Source of the DNA: Elsinoe ampelina
Taxonomy: Eukaryota
Length of the DNA stretch: 51,245 nucleotides
Reading direction: 5' to 3'
NCBI GenBank assembly: GCA_010093995.1
Contig: ML992507.1
Coordinates: 875,353 to 926,597, forward strand
The translations under genes were made by a program, and so were the position numbers. Below, piece after piece: positions 34,601 to 45,309 of this stretch (the first letter of the stretch is position 1; every line of letters begins with the position of its first letter). The notes below the pieces were generated by a model. It worked only from the letters and a program-made list of their open reading frames with translations. It was not told the DNA's origin and ran no database searches.

Positions 34601-36076
34601 CGGCGGATTTACTAGCTAAATTGTATTTGTACTTCTAGTATAATTTATATATTTAACTTACTACCTCCCCTTACATAATAAAGTAGCGTAATAAAGTTAG
34701 GCCTAAAAATTTGTAAGGTATAGTAACGCGCTAAGCTATAGAGTAAGCGCTTTAACTACTAACCTATTAGGTACTATTAGGTAGGTACTAGGTTAGGTAC
34801 CTCCCCCCCTAAGAGCGACACTATAACTATATACTAACCCTACCTACCTTAGTATAGTACCTAACCTAGAGCAACCTCTCTCTACTAAGCTTTTATACCT
34901 AACCTCTACCTAATATAGTACTATATCTACCTAAAAACTACTCTAACTAAGAAGCGCTTACTAATATACTAGCCTATCTAATTCGCTACTAGTACGCCTT
35001 ATATAGTATAACCTTAACGCTTTATTAAGCACCTTTTACTTACTATAGCCTTATTAATAAAGATAAGCTAGTTACTCTAATAGTGCTTAATGTTCTTATA
35101 CTAAGTACTATATAATTCCTTATCTCTCTAGCTAGTAATTCGACCTATTACCTTAAGTAGCAAATCTCGAGAAAGAAGGCTATAACTAATAGTAGATTAT
35201 AACACTATTATACTCTATTTAAGCTTAAGGTACTCTACGTACTTATCTAAGTATATATTAGACTTATCTACTATAAGGTATTTAAGATTATTAAGTATCT
35301 TATTAGTAAGGGTCCTTAGCTAGCCCCTATCTTAGAGAGTAATTAAAAGCTTAATATGCCTAGTATTATACTAATTTATATATCTCTAGCTAATAGTACT
35401 ATATAAGAGATAAGGTATAAGCCTATATATACTATCTATTGTTCTTCTATTCTTAAAAAAGGCTTAGAGATTATATTAATCTTAGATAGATAGCTAAGAT
35501 AGACTCGGCGCTATAGGAGTGTTAATCTAGCTTACGTCTAGTTCGTAGCTAAGATAGAGTTAAAGTTGTACTAGATAGATGCCTAGCTTAGCTGCCGAGA
35601 TAGATTAATAGTATAGACTAGTTCGGCCTTAAATGGATGCGAAATGGATATATAATTCACGAAATGGGCTAATATTGGTGGATTTTGGTGTACGCAGCTA
35701 TCTAGATTGCCAAGCTTATCCCGGGATTTTTGGGAGCAAGAATAACGGTACGGTCCGCTGGCGTCCGTCGCGTCCCGTAGATCTTTACAGAACAATCGCA
35801 TGCGCAGCCATCGACCCTGGACCAACAATCTGGTGCTTGCGACATTGAAGCTCTTGTGCCTAAACCAACATCTCGAAAGCATTGATCGCGACAATCGCTC
35901 TTCCAACCATCGTAGTTTCTCAGGTACCACGAGTCTTCCGAAGTATCCTCAATCAAGTCAACAAAATCATAAGCGGCCTCCAAAACTTGTCAGGCCCCAA
36001 TGATCTCTAGCGGAGCGATACAGACGAAGCGCATTCATCAGGACATGCTCTACGATAACTCCTACAATTAGTCTGG

Positions 36077-39000
36077 ATGCAACCAGTCAATCCATTTCTT
36101 CGCGCCTTCTTTCGAAGCGCTCTCCCCTCGCAATGCCTGCCTCATCACCATCATGTACGGCTGCACCCAACAAGGCGCATTGCGACAATGGCTAATCGTA
36201 CTACAGATCCTCCTAGTGCCGACTACAGATGTCCTCTTACATTCCCGAGATCGTGAGTCTGGAACTCACTTTTCCGACTTGGCTGGTACCGAAGACTTCC
36301 TTGCGAGTCATGTCTTGAGGGTCACAGGTGGAGTACCTCCTGGCTTCAAAGATGGTGGAAATGCAAGAGAGAACAAGTCAAAAGCGAAGCAGTATACCAC
36401 AATCAACGCACGGACTGTTGTTGTCAAGGACTCGTTTGTCTACAGTAATAAGGGTTTCAAATCCTTGAATCAGGCACAACTCTTGAACGACACCGTTTTC
36501 TATCCGGACGTCTCGGATAACCAGCAATGGATCGTCTACTACATTTCGCGACCTCTCATCGGGACTGTCGATCCTATTTCGATCGTTCCAGCAGTCTTGA
36601 TCACACGCGCTGAAAGAGAGAAGGCTGAAGCAGAGAAGCAAGAGGTGCTCAGTCCTGCTGAAAGCAGTAATACACCGATTGGTAATCCACATCGGAGGGA
36701 TGTCAAAACCTTCTCCGACTTGCTCAATGAGTTTCCCATGGTGGCAAGATCGATGCAAGCTGGTCTGGAGAGGATATTCAAAGACTTCACCGATCGTTTC
36801 GACAAGCCAATGTCCAAGAAGCCCTCGAGGCCCCCATCAGTGAGATCCCAAGGATCAGCTGCGTCTCTCGAAGATTCTCTAGCGACACTAAAGTCCTCCA
36901 TATCTAGCCAAGGCTCGACAATGCGGAACAATGCCTTCTCCCTCGATCCCGAAGAGGATGAGATGCGCAGTGCAGTCGAAGAAGCCATCAATACTGCCAT
37001 AGATCTCTTTCAGGGCGTAGACAAGCAACAACTCTCGATGGTCGGATCAACGACGAACCTCTCGGGACCTGCAGTCGAGCGATTGATTGAACGATATGTC
37101 TCAGAACAACTACACGAACGAGCACTTTTCCCGAGATTATGCCACATTAAGCGAGAGGAAGACCAAGAGCTGGAATTCCGAATGCGTCGTATGCTGGATA
37201 TTGATATTGCACAAGTCGGCATACCAATCGAGGGTGGCAAGGTCGGCAAACGAAAACTTGCTTTGCGTCTAGATGAGGCTGTAGCCATGTTCAAGAAGCA
37301 AGGTGTTGCGAGCAGTCCTCAAGAGATGATCGAGACACTTTTGGCCACAGAGAAGATTGTTGCCACCGGAAGTGCTGAGAAAGCCAAGGATGACAACGAG
37401 AATGAGAAACAGGCTCTAGCAATGACCATGAATGCCGATACACTGGTATCGATGCTATTAATCGTTATCATAAGGAGCGGTGTACGACATCTGAATGCTC
37501 GACTTTCATACATGAAGCACTTTGTCTTCATCGACGAGGTCGAGACAGGAGAGACCGGCTATGCTATCAGCACCTTCGAAGCTGTCTTGACATATTTGGC
37601 GAATGACTCGGATCCATTACGACGAGCAAGTCGACAAAATAATCAGCTCTGGTATGCTGCAAAGGATGGAAATCTAAGCAAGCTGCAATCTATTCTCGAG
37701 CCTTACGGTGGTCAAGAAACACAGCACTCCCCGATCGACGAGGAATCTCTTGCGAGTCGACAAGACAATGATAGTGTTGTCGACGAGTCCGACGCGGACG
37801 AAGGTCCAACGGCTCATATCAGAACCCCGAATGGTGAAAGACCGACCTCGCGATCAAGCTCGACCGGCAGGGACTTTGCAGCGGTCGGTGGATCTTTGGA
37901 GCATGTTTTCCCCTTTACTCGGCCACCAACGCCTCCACCTGAGAATGAAAGACCACGTACGAAGAGGGTTTCTATGGCTACTGTTAGGAGCGGATCCGTC
38001 TCATCGACGTACTCTTCCAGGACACACTCGAGGAGGGCAAGCTCGAATTCTGTTGCCAGCGGTGCAAGTGGTGGCGTTTCGGCAGACACATCACTCGAGA
38101 CATTGGCACAGACTCAGAACATGCAAGGTGATTCGCTACTCATGATGGCCATTGATGCAGCACGATATCCAATCTTGCAATACCTACTGACGCTGGAGGA
38201 GCATTATCCGATTGACTTTGTTCTTGAGGATTGCAACACTGAAGGCACTACCCTTCTCTGCGCCGCGATTCAGTCTGAGCGACCAGATATCACGGCTCTC
38301 CTACTCGAGCATCTTCTGGCGCATGTCAAGTCCCGCGACAGGATACAGACCTATTTGGCACGTCAAGATAGCAAGGGCAGATGCGTGGCGCATTATGTGT
38401 TCAATCAACCAGAACTCCTAGGAAGAGTCGGCGAGCTTCTTCCGTGGAGGCTACGTGACAAAAATGGTCAAACACCTCTCTTTGCGCTTTGTCGATCTTA
38501 CGACCACTCACAATATCATCCGATGGTCAGTAAAGCTCTTGAGCTCGCCGCCATGTCGCAACCGGATGAGGGGCCACTTCACCTAGACGACCACGTCGAT
38601 AGTAAAGGCAACACCTTACTTCACATCGTCAACGATCCTTCCATCACCGCTCGTATCCTGCAGCATGCTGATGCCGATGTTAATGCTGCGAATGACAAGA
38701 AGTTTACACCCTTCATGGTCGCCAGCAAGTACGGCAAGATGGATCTCGCTCGAGCTCTATTCGCCGATCCACGAGTCGAGCTACTAGCGAGAGACATGCG
38801 AGGTCTGACTGCAATCGAGCTTGCAAAGGACGACGAGATACGGAACAAGATTGACGATATGGTACTTCTCTCACGGCCTGTTGGAGAAGACGGCCGAATC
38901 ACAACCGTCGTTCGGTCATTCTTCGTTGAGGATGCAACTGTCCGACTTGTTCTCAAATCTGGCCAGCCGAATCCAGATGGCACTGTCACTGTTACGACAA

Positions 39001-39989
39001 GCCGACGATCATTGACCGACTTTGAGAATCTCGCCAAATGGCTGTCCATGGAGCAACCTGCTTCGTGGCTGCCGACACATTTCAATATGGCGTCACCATT
39101 CATGATACCTTCCAAGCCATCTCGATCAGTCCTTCGAGACATACAACTACGATTGGATAATTTCCTACGCAATCTCCTAACGCATGCCACGTTCTCGACG
39201 CACGAAATGGTATGGGAGTTCTTCCTGGTACCGGATATCGACCAAGCAATGCTGGCAGAGCGCAGCAAGCACAAAGCGGAACTTCGGGTAGAAAAGGTCA
39301 GAGATGAATTCGACCCCATCACCGACACGACTGAGGTGGAGATCTTCGTGTCACATGCTCACGAGCAGGTGCGGAAGCTTTCAAATATGACAAGAGCCTT
39401 GACTCGTCGGGTGAATAGGTACAGACAAGTCCAGTCCGACCTTTCAGATCTGGCGAGGTTCTCCTCGGCTGCTCTTTCGACGATCACTTTCCTACCGCCA
39501 AAGTACAAGACCGCATTCGAGCGGTACACAAAGACACTTGCTCAGACCGAGTCTTCACCTGTGACAGCATTCTACTATGCTCTGCACTCGATTGGCTCGA
39601 CATCCACAGCACTTTTGGTAGCTCTCAATAGGCCTACCCATTTGATCGGTAGCATGGAGTCGGCAAAACGCACACTTGACAGGGCTCTCGGATCTCTATC
39701 ACGACAGAGCAGATGGACGCCCAATATCGGCTTCTTTGATGAAACTAGGAAGGCAATCGCAGATCAAGCGCAGGAGCAAGCAGACAAGACTCGACGAGAG
39801 CTGGAAACTCTCGGCAGCGAGCTACGGTACACTCAGCAGACAGTGGCTGCAGAGATGGCTGGCTGGCAAGAACAGCATGTAAGAGAGGGACGACGTGTAC
39901 TGCGTGAACTCGCACGGGGTATGGTAGTAAGAGAGCGCGACCGACTCGATGGCATGAAGCGAGCCCTGCGCGAGCTAAGAAAGCCATGA
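36077..39989 (+). CDS. VRL1: VPS9-ankyrin-PX-BAR protein (UPF0507, Vrl1/VARP-like endosomal Rab GEF and sorting nexin); 2 exons
   Basis: Exon 1 MQPVNPFLRAFFRS; intron 36155-36206. VPS9 motifs MNADTLVSMLL and GETGYAISTFEA; ankyrin repeats (GQTPLFALC, GNTLLHI, FTPFMVASKYG); PX motif RRSLTDFENLAKWL; C-terminal BAR-like helices. Confidence 0.88.
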
Positions 39990-40111
39990 CCTTTTCCCCT
40001 CCATCACCTTGGCTCGGCGTTCAGGCAAGGCAACGGCAACGATACCACATCCCCATTTCCCACCCGTCCATAATAACGAATCAATGTACAGTACCCCTCC
40101 CGTACCCATCC

Positions 40112-41116
40112 TCATCCCTCTCTCCGCCCTATCTTCTCAAAAAACCCCACCCCTTCCCTCCCCAACGCCGTCCCCACCCCGACCACACTCGCCCCCGCAG
40201 CCCTCATCCTCCCCATGCCCGCCGCGTCCTCCACCCCTCCCACACCAATGATGTCCACCCCACTCAACCCCTCCTCCCCATCCAACAACGCCCTTATACT
40301 CCTCACATTCCCAAGCGCAAGCGGGTGCAGCGCCGCCCCCGCCATTCCCCCCATCCCTTGCCCCGACGCAGAACTCAACACCGGCATCCCCTCCCCGTCG
40401 AGCAGGAGACAGCTCCCCAACGTATTCGTCGCGGTGATGAAATCCACGGGCAGCACACCCCGAGGCAACCTGTCCCCTGCCTCCTTCAGCGCAGAGACCA
40501 GAGTGGCGAACTGATCATGGTACGTGTACGGCGGCGTCTTGACGCCGACTCTCACTCTGCGGTCCGCGAGGGCGAAAGCGGGGTGCGTCTGCAGCGCGAG
40601 GAGGTAGGTGAGGAGGGAAGGGCGCGAGTATGCCGGGGGAGGGGCGGAGGGGATGTTGGGGCATGAGAGGTTGATTTCGACCAGGAGGGGTTTGAGGGGG
40701 GGAAGGGTGAGGGAGTGCGTGTGGATGAGGGTGTAGGCTGTGAGGATTTGGGAGGGGGTGCCGGTTATGGAGAGGATGATGGGTTTGGGGGAGGGGGAGG
40801 TGGGGCGGAGGGAGGTGGTGAAGTCGAGGTAGGTGGAGAGGGGGAGGGGGGAGTAGCCTAAGGTGTTGAGCGAGGAGGAGTGCTGGGGGGTGATGGTGTA
40901 GTCGGGGGTGCTGCTGGGGATGGGAGAGTGGGTTTGTGGGTCGAAGAAGGTGTGTTGGTGGATGGAAGGGTCGTGAGGGAAGCCGTCGATGAGACTGGTG
41001 CGGGTGGTGATGGCGCCGGTGTGGGGTGAGTCGTATAGTGCTTGGAGGTCTTCAAGGGTGGTGCACCATGGGTTGGCGCTGTTTAGCAGAGGCGGGTCTA
41101 TGTCTGGGAGACCCAT
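40112..41116 (-). CDS. Class 1 dihydroorotate dehydrogenase-like FMN enzyme (URA1-like; possibly dihydrouracil oxidase)
   Basis: NTLGYS, IILSITG, EINLSCPNI (catalytic Cys), GVKTPPY, TATNTLG, GGMAG..LHPLALGNV, IIGVGGV. No N-terminal membrane or mitochondrial extension. Confidence 0.88.
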   Translation of the reverse strand: MGLPDIDPPLLNSANPWCTTLEDLQALYDSPHTGAITTRTSLIDGFPHDPSIHQHTFFDPQTHSPIPSSTPDYTITPQHSSSLNTLGYSPLPLSTYLDFTTSLRPTSPSPKPIILSITGTPSQILTAYTLIHTHSLTLPPLKPLLVEINLSCPNIPSAPPPAYSRPSLLTYLLALQTHPAFALADRRVRVGVKTPPYTYHDQFATLVSALKEAGDRLPRGVLPVDFITATNTLGSCLLLDGEGMPVLSSASGQGMGGMAGAALHPLALGNVRSIRALLDGEEGLSGVDIIGVGGVEDAAGMGRMRAAGASVVGVGTALGREGVGFFEKIGRREG

Positions 41117-41706
41117 CTTGATTGTCCCCGATATCTTCTGACGTGCTTATGAGAGTGGTTTCATACTAAATTGATCGACATTGAGACAGTGATGCCAGAC
41201 AAACGTCCTTGTCGACGCTCGTCCTGATAACGAATGGCTTACGTAAACGCCCGCCTGATATAGAAGTCTTTCTTTCACGACTTCTTTCTTCTTACCACCA
41301 CCACTACTACTTGTGTCAACATTTTGTGTACCGTTTCTGCATTCCACTCCTTCAGCGTAATCGCTTTGTTCGTCCAGCCCGATCGTGGCGAGAATGCTGC
41401 ACGAGTGGACCATGCCTTGATTCAGCTGTCCAAAAGACCGCCAATTTGAACACCCTCTGGACAAAATTGTCCCGACGGTTAAACAATGCTATCATGCCAA
41501 ACGCAGGATACCAACGTCCTTAGTCGATGACAAGGCTAATGTTCTAATTGAAAATGATACATTGTGGTGAGCAGGTCAACCAAGCTAGGGGTAAGCACTA
41601 GACCGTGCCGCTGATGTGAGGCGGGAATCTGCCATGGTTGTACAAAAGCAAAGTATTCACATCCTCGCTCTCTTATTCTTTGTTTAACTTGCACATTCGT
41701 CACTGT

Positions 41707-43537
41707 ATGTCTATTGCGATACATTCAAACATGTTGGCCACTCGGAGGTTTTTAACCAAAGGAGGCGATTTGAAAGGAACTCTGCCAGTGGTATCTTTCG
41801 AAAGGAACGTCGATGCGCAAAGCATCGCAATCACGTGTGTTGAGAGACTGAGCAACTTGAAGCCAACCGATCTGCTGGCTGATTCACTGTGGAAGGATAA
41901 CGTGTGCATTGCTGGCACGTTCCGAACCTTCCACTCGTCAAACATAATAGCTTCAACATGGGTCGACATGGTTTCTAAACAGATGGCAGAGCATTTCTGC
42001 CTGATTCCTCATACTGCACATACTTTTGAGTTGGCCGGAGTACCCGCATGGATATCAGCAGGTTTCAGCTTCAGCATGAAAGGCTCCCCAAGTCGTCAGT
42101 GTTCAGGATTCCTTAACGCAGCACCTGATGATCATGGAATCTGGAAGATCTTCTCTTTGACAACGATACTCGAAGCGATAGACGGTTTCCCCAATCCAGA
42201 TACGCCTCCTTCTACCGGTCCGCTTCCGGCTAAGGATGGTGTCTTTGACTGCTTGGTCGTCGGAGCAGGTGCTTGCGGTCTCTGCCTCGGCGCTCGATTA
42301 CAATCTGTTGGGCTGAGCTACTTGGTAGTCGACAAGCACACAACCGTAGGCGACGTCTGGAGGAAGCGGTACGATTCAACAAAGCTACATCTGAACAGCA
42401 CTTTCTCAGATTTCCCATACGAGCGACTCCTTGATCCGAACAAGTACTACCCCACTGGCGTTGACATGGCAAATGCACATCAAGCTTTCGCAGAGCAATG
42501 GCGCCTAAACATCCAGAACTCCACCGAGGTCAAGTCGGCGAAATGGCATCCCGACTCCAAGACCTGGACCATCCAAGTCATCCACTCCGGTAACGAAGAT
42601 ACCATCGTAGCCAAACACCTCGTCATGGCCACCGGCAGCGGCATCAGCCACCCCATCACCCCTTCCCTCGCCAACCGCGAGACCTTCCACGGCACCGTCC
42701 TCCACACCTCCGACTGGAAGAACGCCCACCCCTTCACGGGCAAGCGGGGCATCGTCATCGGGTCCGCCAACAGCGCCTTCGACATCATCGAAGACATGGT
42801 CCTCGCCAACCTGTCCTCCGTGACCATGATCCAACGTAGCCGCACCCGCGTCATCAACGGGAAACACTTCCGACAACTCACGGACCCTTTGTACAACAAA
42901 GACTCGAACATCGAATTGTCCGACCGTCTCATGATGGCCACGCCGTACCAGCACGGTCGATTGATGACCATGGCCAACGTGGCGGCCATGCAAGCTGGAG
43001 ACCAGGGACGGTATAAGAAGTTGGGGCAAGCGGGGTTTAGGTACGAGGAGAACACGGACTTCAACGGGGATTACATGGAGAGGGGAGGGGGACACTACTT
43101 GGATGTTGGACAGACGAGGTATATCGAGGACGGGAGGGTGGGGGTGAGGTCTGGGTTTGAGGCAGTAGCTTTTACAGAGGATGGGGTGAGGTTGGCGAGT
43201 GGAGAGGTGGTGGAGGGGGATGTGGTGGTGTTTGCGACTGGGTTTAGGTTTGGGATGAAAGAGGGGGCGATGGAGATTGTGGGTGAGGAGATTGGAGGGA
43301 GGCTGGATGAGTTTTGGGGGCTGGATGAGAATGGTGATACGAGAGGGTTGGCGAAGCCGATTGGACGTGAGTGCCTTTGTTCTTTTGAATGTATATGGTG
43401 GCTGACGTGGAGTAGATCCGAATATCTGGTATCTCGGGGGTGGCACTGGGCATGCGAGATTCTATTCGAGGTTTCTGGCTTTGCAGATACTGGCCGATGT
43501 TATGGGAAGTCCATTCGTTCCATATTCAGGGACCTGA
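41707..43537 (+). CDS. Flavin-containing monooxygenase (class B, type II/YUCCA-like, with N-terminal extension); 2 exons
   Basis: VVGAGACG (FAD), GDVWRKRY, ATG, FHGTVLHTSDW fingerprint, VIGSANSA (NADPH), VVFATGF. Intron 43367-43415 gives the C-terminus PNIWYLGGGTGHARFYSRFLALQI and TGA at 43535-43537. Start codon uncertain (41707 or 41731). Confidence 0.9.
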
Positions 43538-43597
43538 TAGTGCTACGCAGGCCGTCAATAGATGGCTATTTCATACTCATGCTGAGGAGATTACGCA

Positions 43598-44596
43598 TCA
43601 TGCTCCAAGTCCCAAACGCTGTGAGACCAAATCCACCTCGTCTGTTGTACCGCAAACGATTCCCGCTCGCTCATCACAGTCCTTGATTTGCCTCTCCAAG
43701 ATCCTCTCTCCAGTCTTTGAATCCAGAGCTTTCCCACCGGCACACTCAACAATCAATGCTATCGGTGCAAGCTCATACAGGCGTCGCAGTTTCGCTTTGC
43801 TCTTCTCCGTGACCGGGGAAACATAGACGCCATGGCCCTTCACAAGAGCATGTACGATATCCGGCACCAGTCCTCCACTGTATCTCAACGTGTACTTGTT
43901 GCGAATATAATGCGTAACCAGCTCCATATACTTTTGGTCTTCGGCAGCAGATCGTAGGTTTGCAGGTGCAAAGTAGCGGGTCTTGAAAGGTGGCGAGTCT
44001 AGCTGGATTCGTTCTCGTATTATGTCGCATGTACCATCGTTGATACCAAGCTCGAATGCTACGCTATCTGAAGTTGACGTGCGAATTGCTACCACCACAG
44101 TCGTTCGCGGACCATAGACTCCAAGAATTGCGGCGATCTGCTTGTCCGGGGACTGATTCAAGGCGGATTTGCCATCCCATAATCCGATGATAGTACCAAC
44201 GGACCAGTTCGGGGCGATTATGGAAGAGCCATCCAGTGGATCAAAGGCGATTGTGTAGATTTCGCCACCTTCGAGGTTCTGATTGACCACTTTCTCTACA
44301 GGGTCCTCCTCGCTGCTTGCTGCTGCTATCGAGGGGCTATTTGCAATGGCTTCCCGAATAATGTTCTCCGCAGCGACATCGACGTTGAGTTGATCGTCTC
44401 CGAATGCATTCGCGGTGCCGACCTGCGAGACTTGATGCGATGATCGGAGTGTCTCTGCTATGAGTTGAACGCTGTGGATCAATGCCGGCAGAACTTCTGT
44501 CCTCAGAGCGACTCGTTTATCTGGTAGCACTGACTCCAGAAATGATTGGAGCTCAGGGTAGGCGGGTACCGATGATTGTGGTGACATGCTGGTCAT
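43598..44596 (-). CDS. Sedoheptulose-1,7-bisphosphatase-like, class I FBPase-family phosphatase
   Basis: NAFGDDQLNVDV, SSEE, FDPLDGSSII, LRYSGGLVPD, KLRRLYE. The motif variants look closer to SBPase than to cytosolic FBPase. Confidence 0.88.
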   Translation of the reverse strand: MTSMSPQSSVPAYPELQSFLESVLPDKRVALRTEVLPALIHSVQLIAETLRSSHQVSQVGTANAFGDDQLNVDVAAENIIREAIANSPSIAAASSEEDPVEKVVNQNLEGGEIYTIAFDPLDGSSIIAPNWSVGTIIGLWDGKSALNQSPDKQIAAILGVYGPRTTVVVAIRTSTSDSVAFELGINDGTCDIIRERIQLDSPPFKTRYFAPANLRSAAEDQKYMELVTHYIRNKYTLRYSGGLVPDIVHALVKGHGVYVSPVTEKSKAKLRRLYELAPIALIVECAGGKALDSKTGERILERQIKDCDERAGIVCGTTDEVDLVSQRLGLGA

Positions 44597-45309
44597 GCCG
44601 TAACGTTGAGGGACAAGAAGTGGTGGAGACAGCTCCGGGTTTTCTCAACTACTTCACATCATCCTCATCACTTCACGACATCAGTCACGCGCGGATACAC
44701 ATCACTTCACGATCAACATCTGCTTCAAAATATCGTTTTGCGCTGCTGATTTCTCCCCAATCTACTCGTATGGATCCCTGCTGAACAGCGACCTGACCTG
44801 CTGGGTGGCGCGGTCGTGTGGACGATGCCACTGCATACAGAGGTAAGTGCCTCCGGTCAAGTTTTCTTCTCACCTTTGCTTCGCCTTCGGGCTATCTTGC
44901 AGCGGATACCAGGATGATTGTCCGATCTTTTGGATAGCTAAAGGACGGTGGCAAACTATTGCCATTCTACCGCGATTTCCAACAAAGGCCGATATGGCGT
45001 GCCAGACACAGCCGGGCCAGAATCACACTGCGACCCCGATCCTGGCCCCTCGGTCCCATTCATGGCGCCTGCGATTCGGGATCAACCCCGCCATGTTCAA
45101 TACTGTCCGGGCAATCGGCACCAAAAGTGCGGGGATCGCACCCTCTGATCTTCCGCCTCATTGTCATTCTGGCTATTGGTTGATCCAGTTGTTCAGTTGC
45201 TTGTCGAAATGCTTGTCCTAAAGCGGCAGCTCATACTCGTCATGAGCCGCCATAAGTACACATCAATCGCCATGTCTGTGGTATCTGCTCACATTTCGAG
45301 CTTGACAAG

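Larger units (their letters stand above)
26763..35744 (+). mobile_element. ~9-kb RIP-degenerate hAT-superfamily DNA transposon with additional cargo sequence
   Basis: Perfect 36-bp inverted repeats TATTCTTGCTCCCAAAAATCCCGGGATAAGCTTGGC (26763-26798 and 35709-35744) bracket the AT-rich island. Plus-strand hAT transposase remnants lie inside. Confidence 0.85.
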
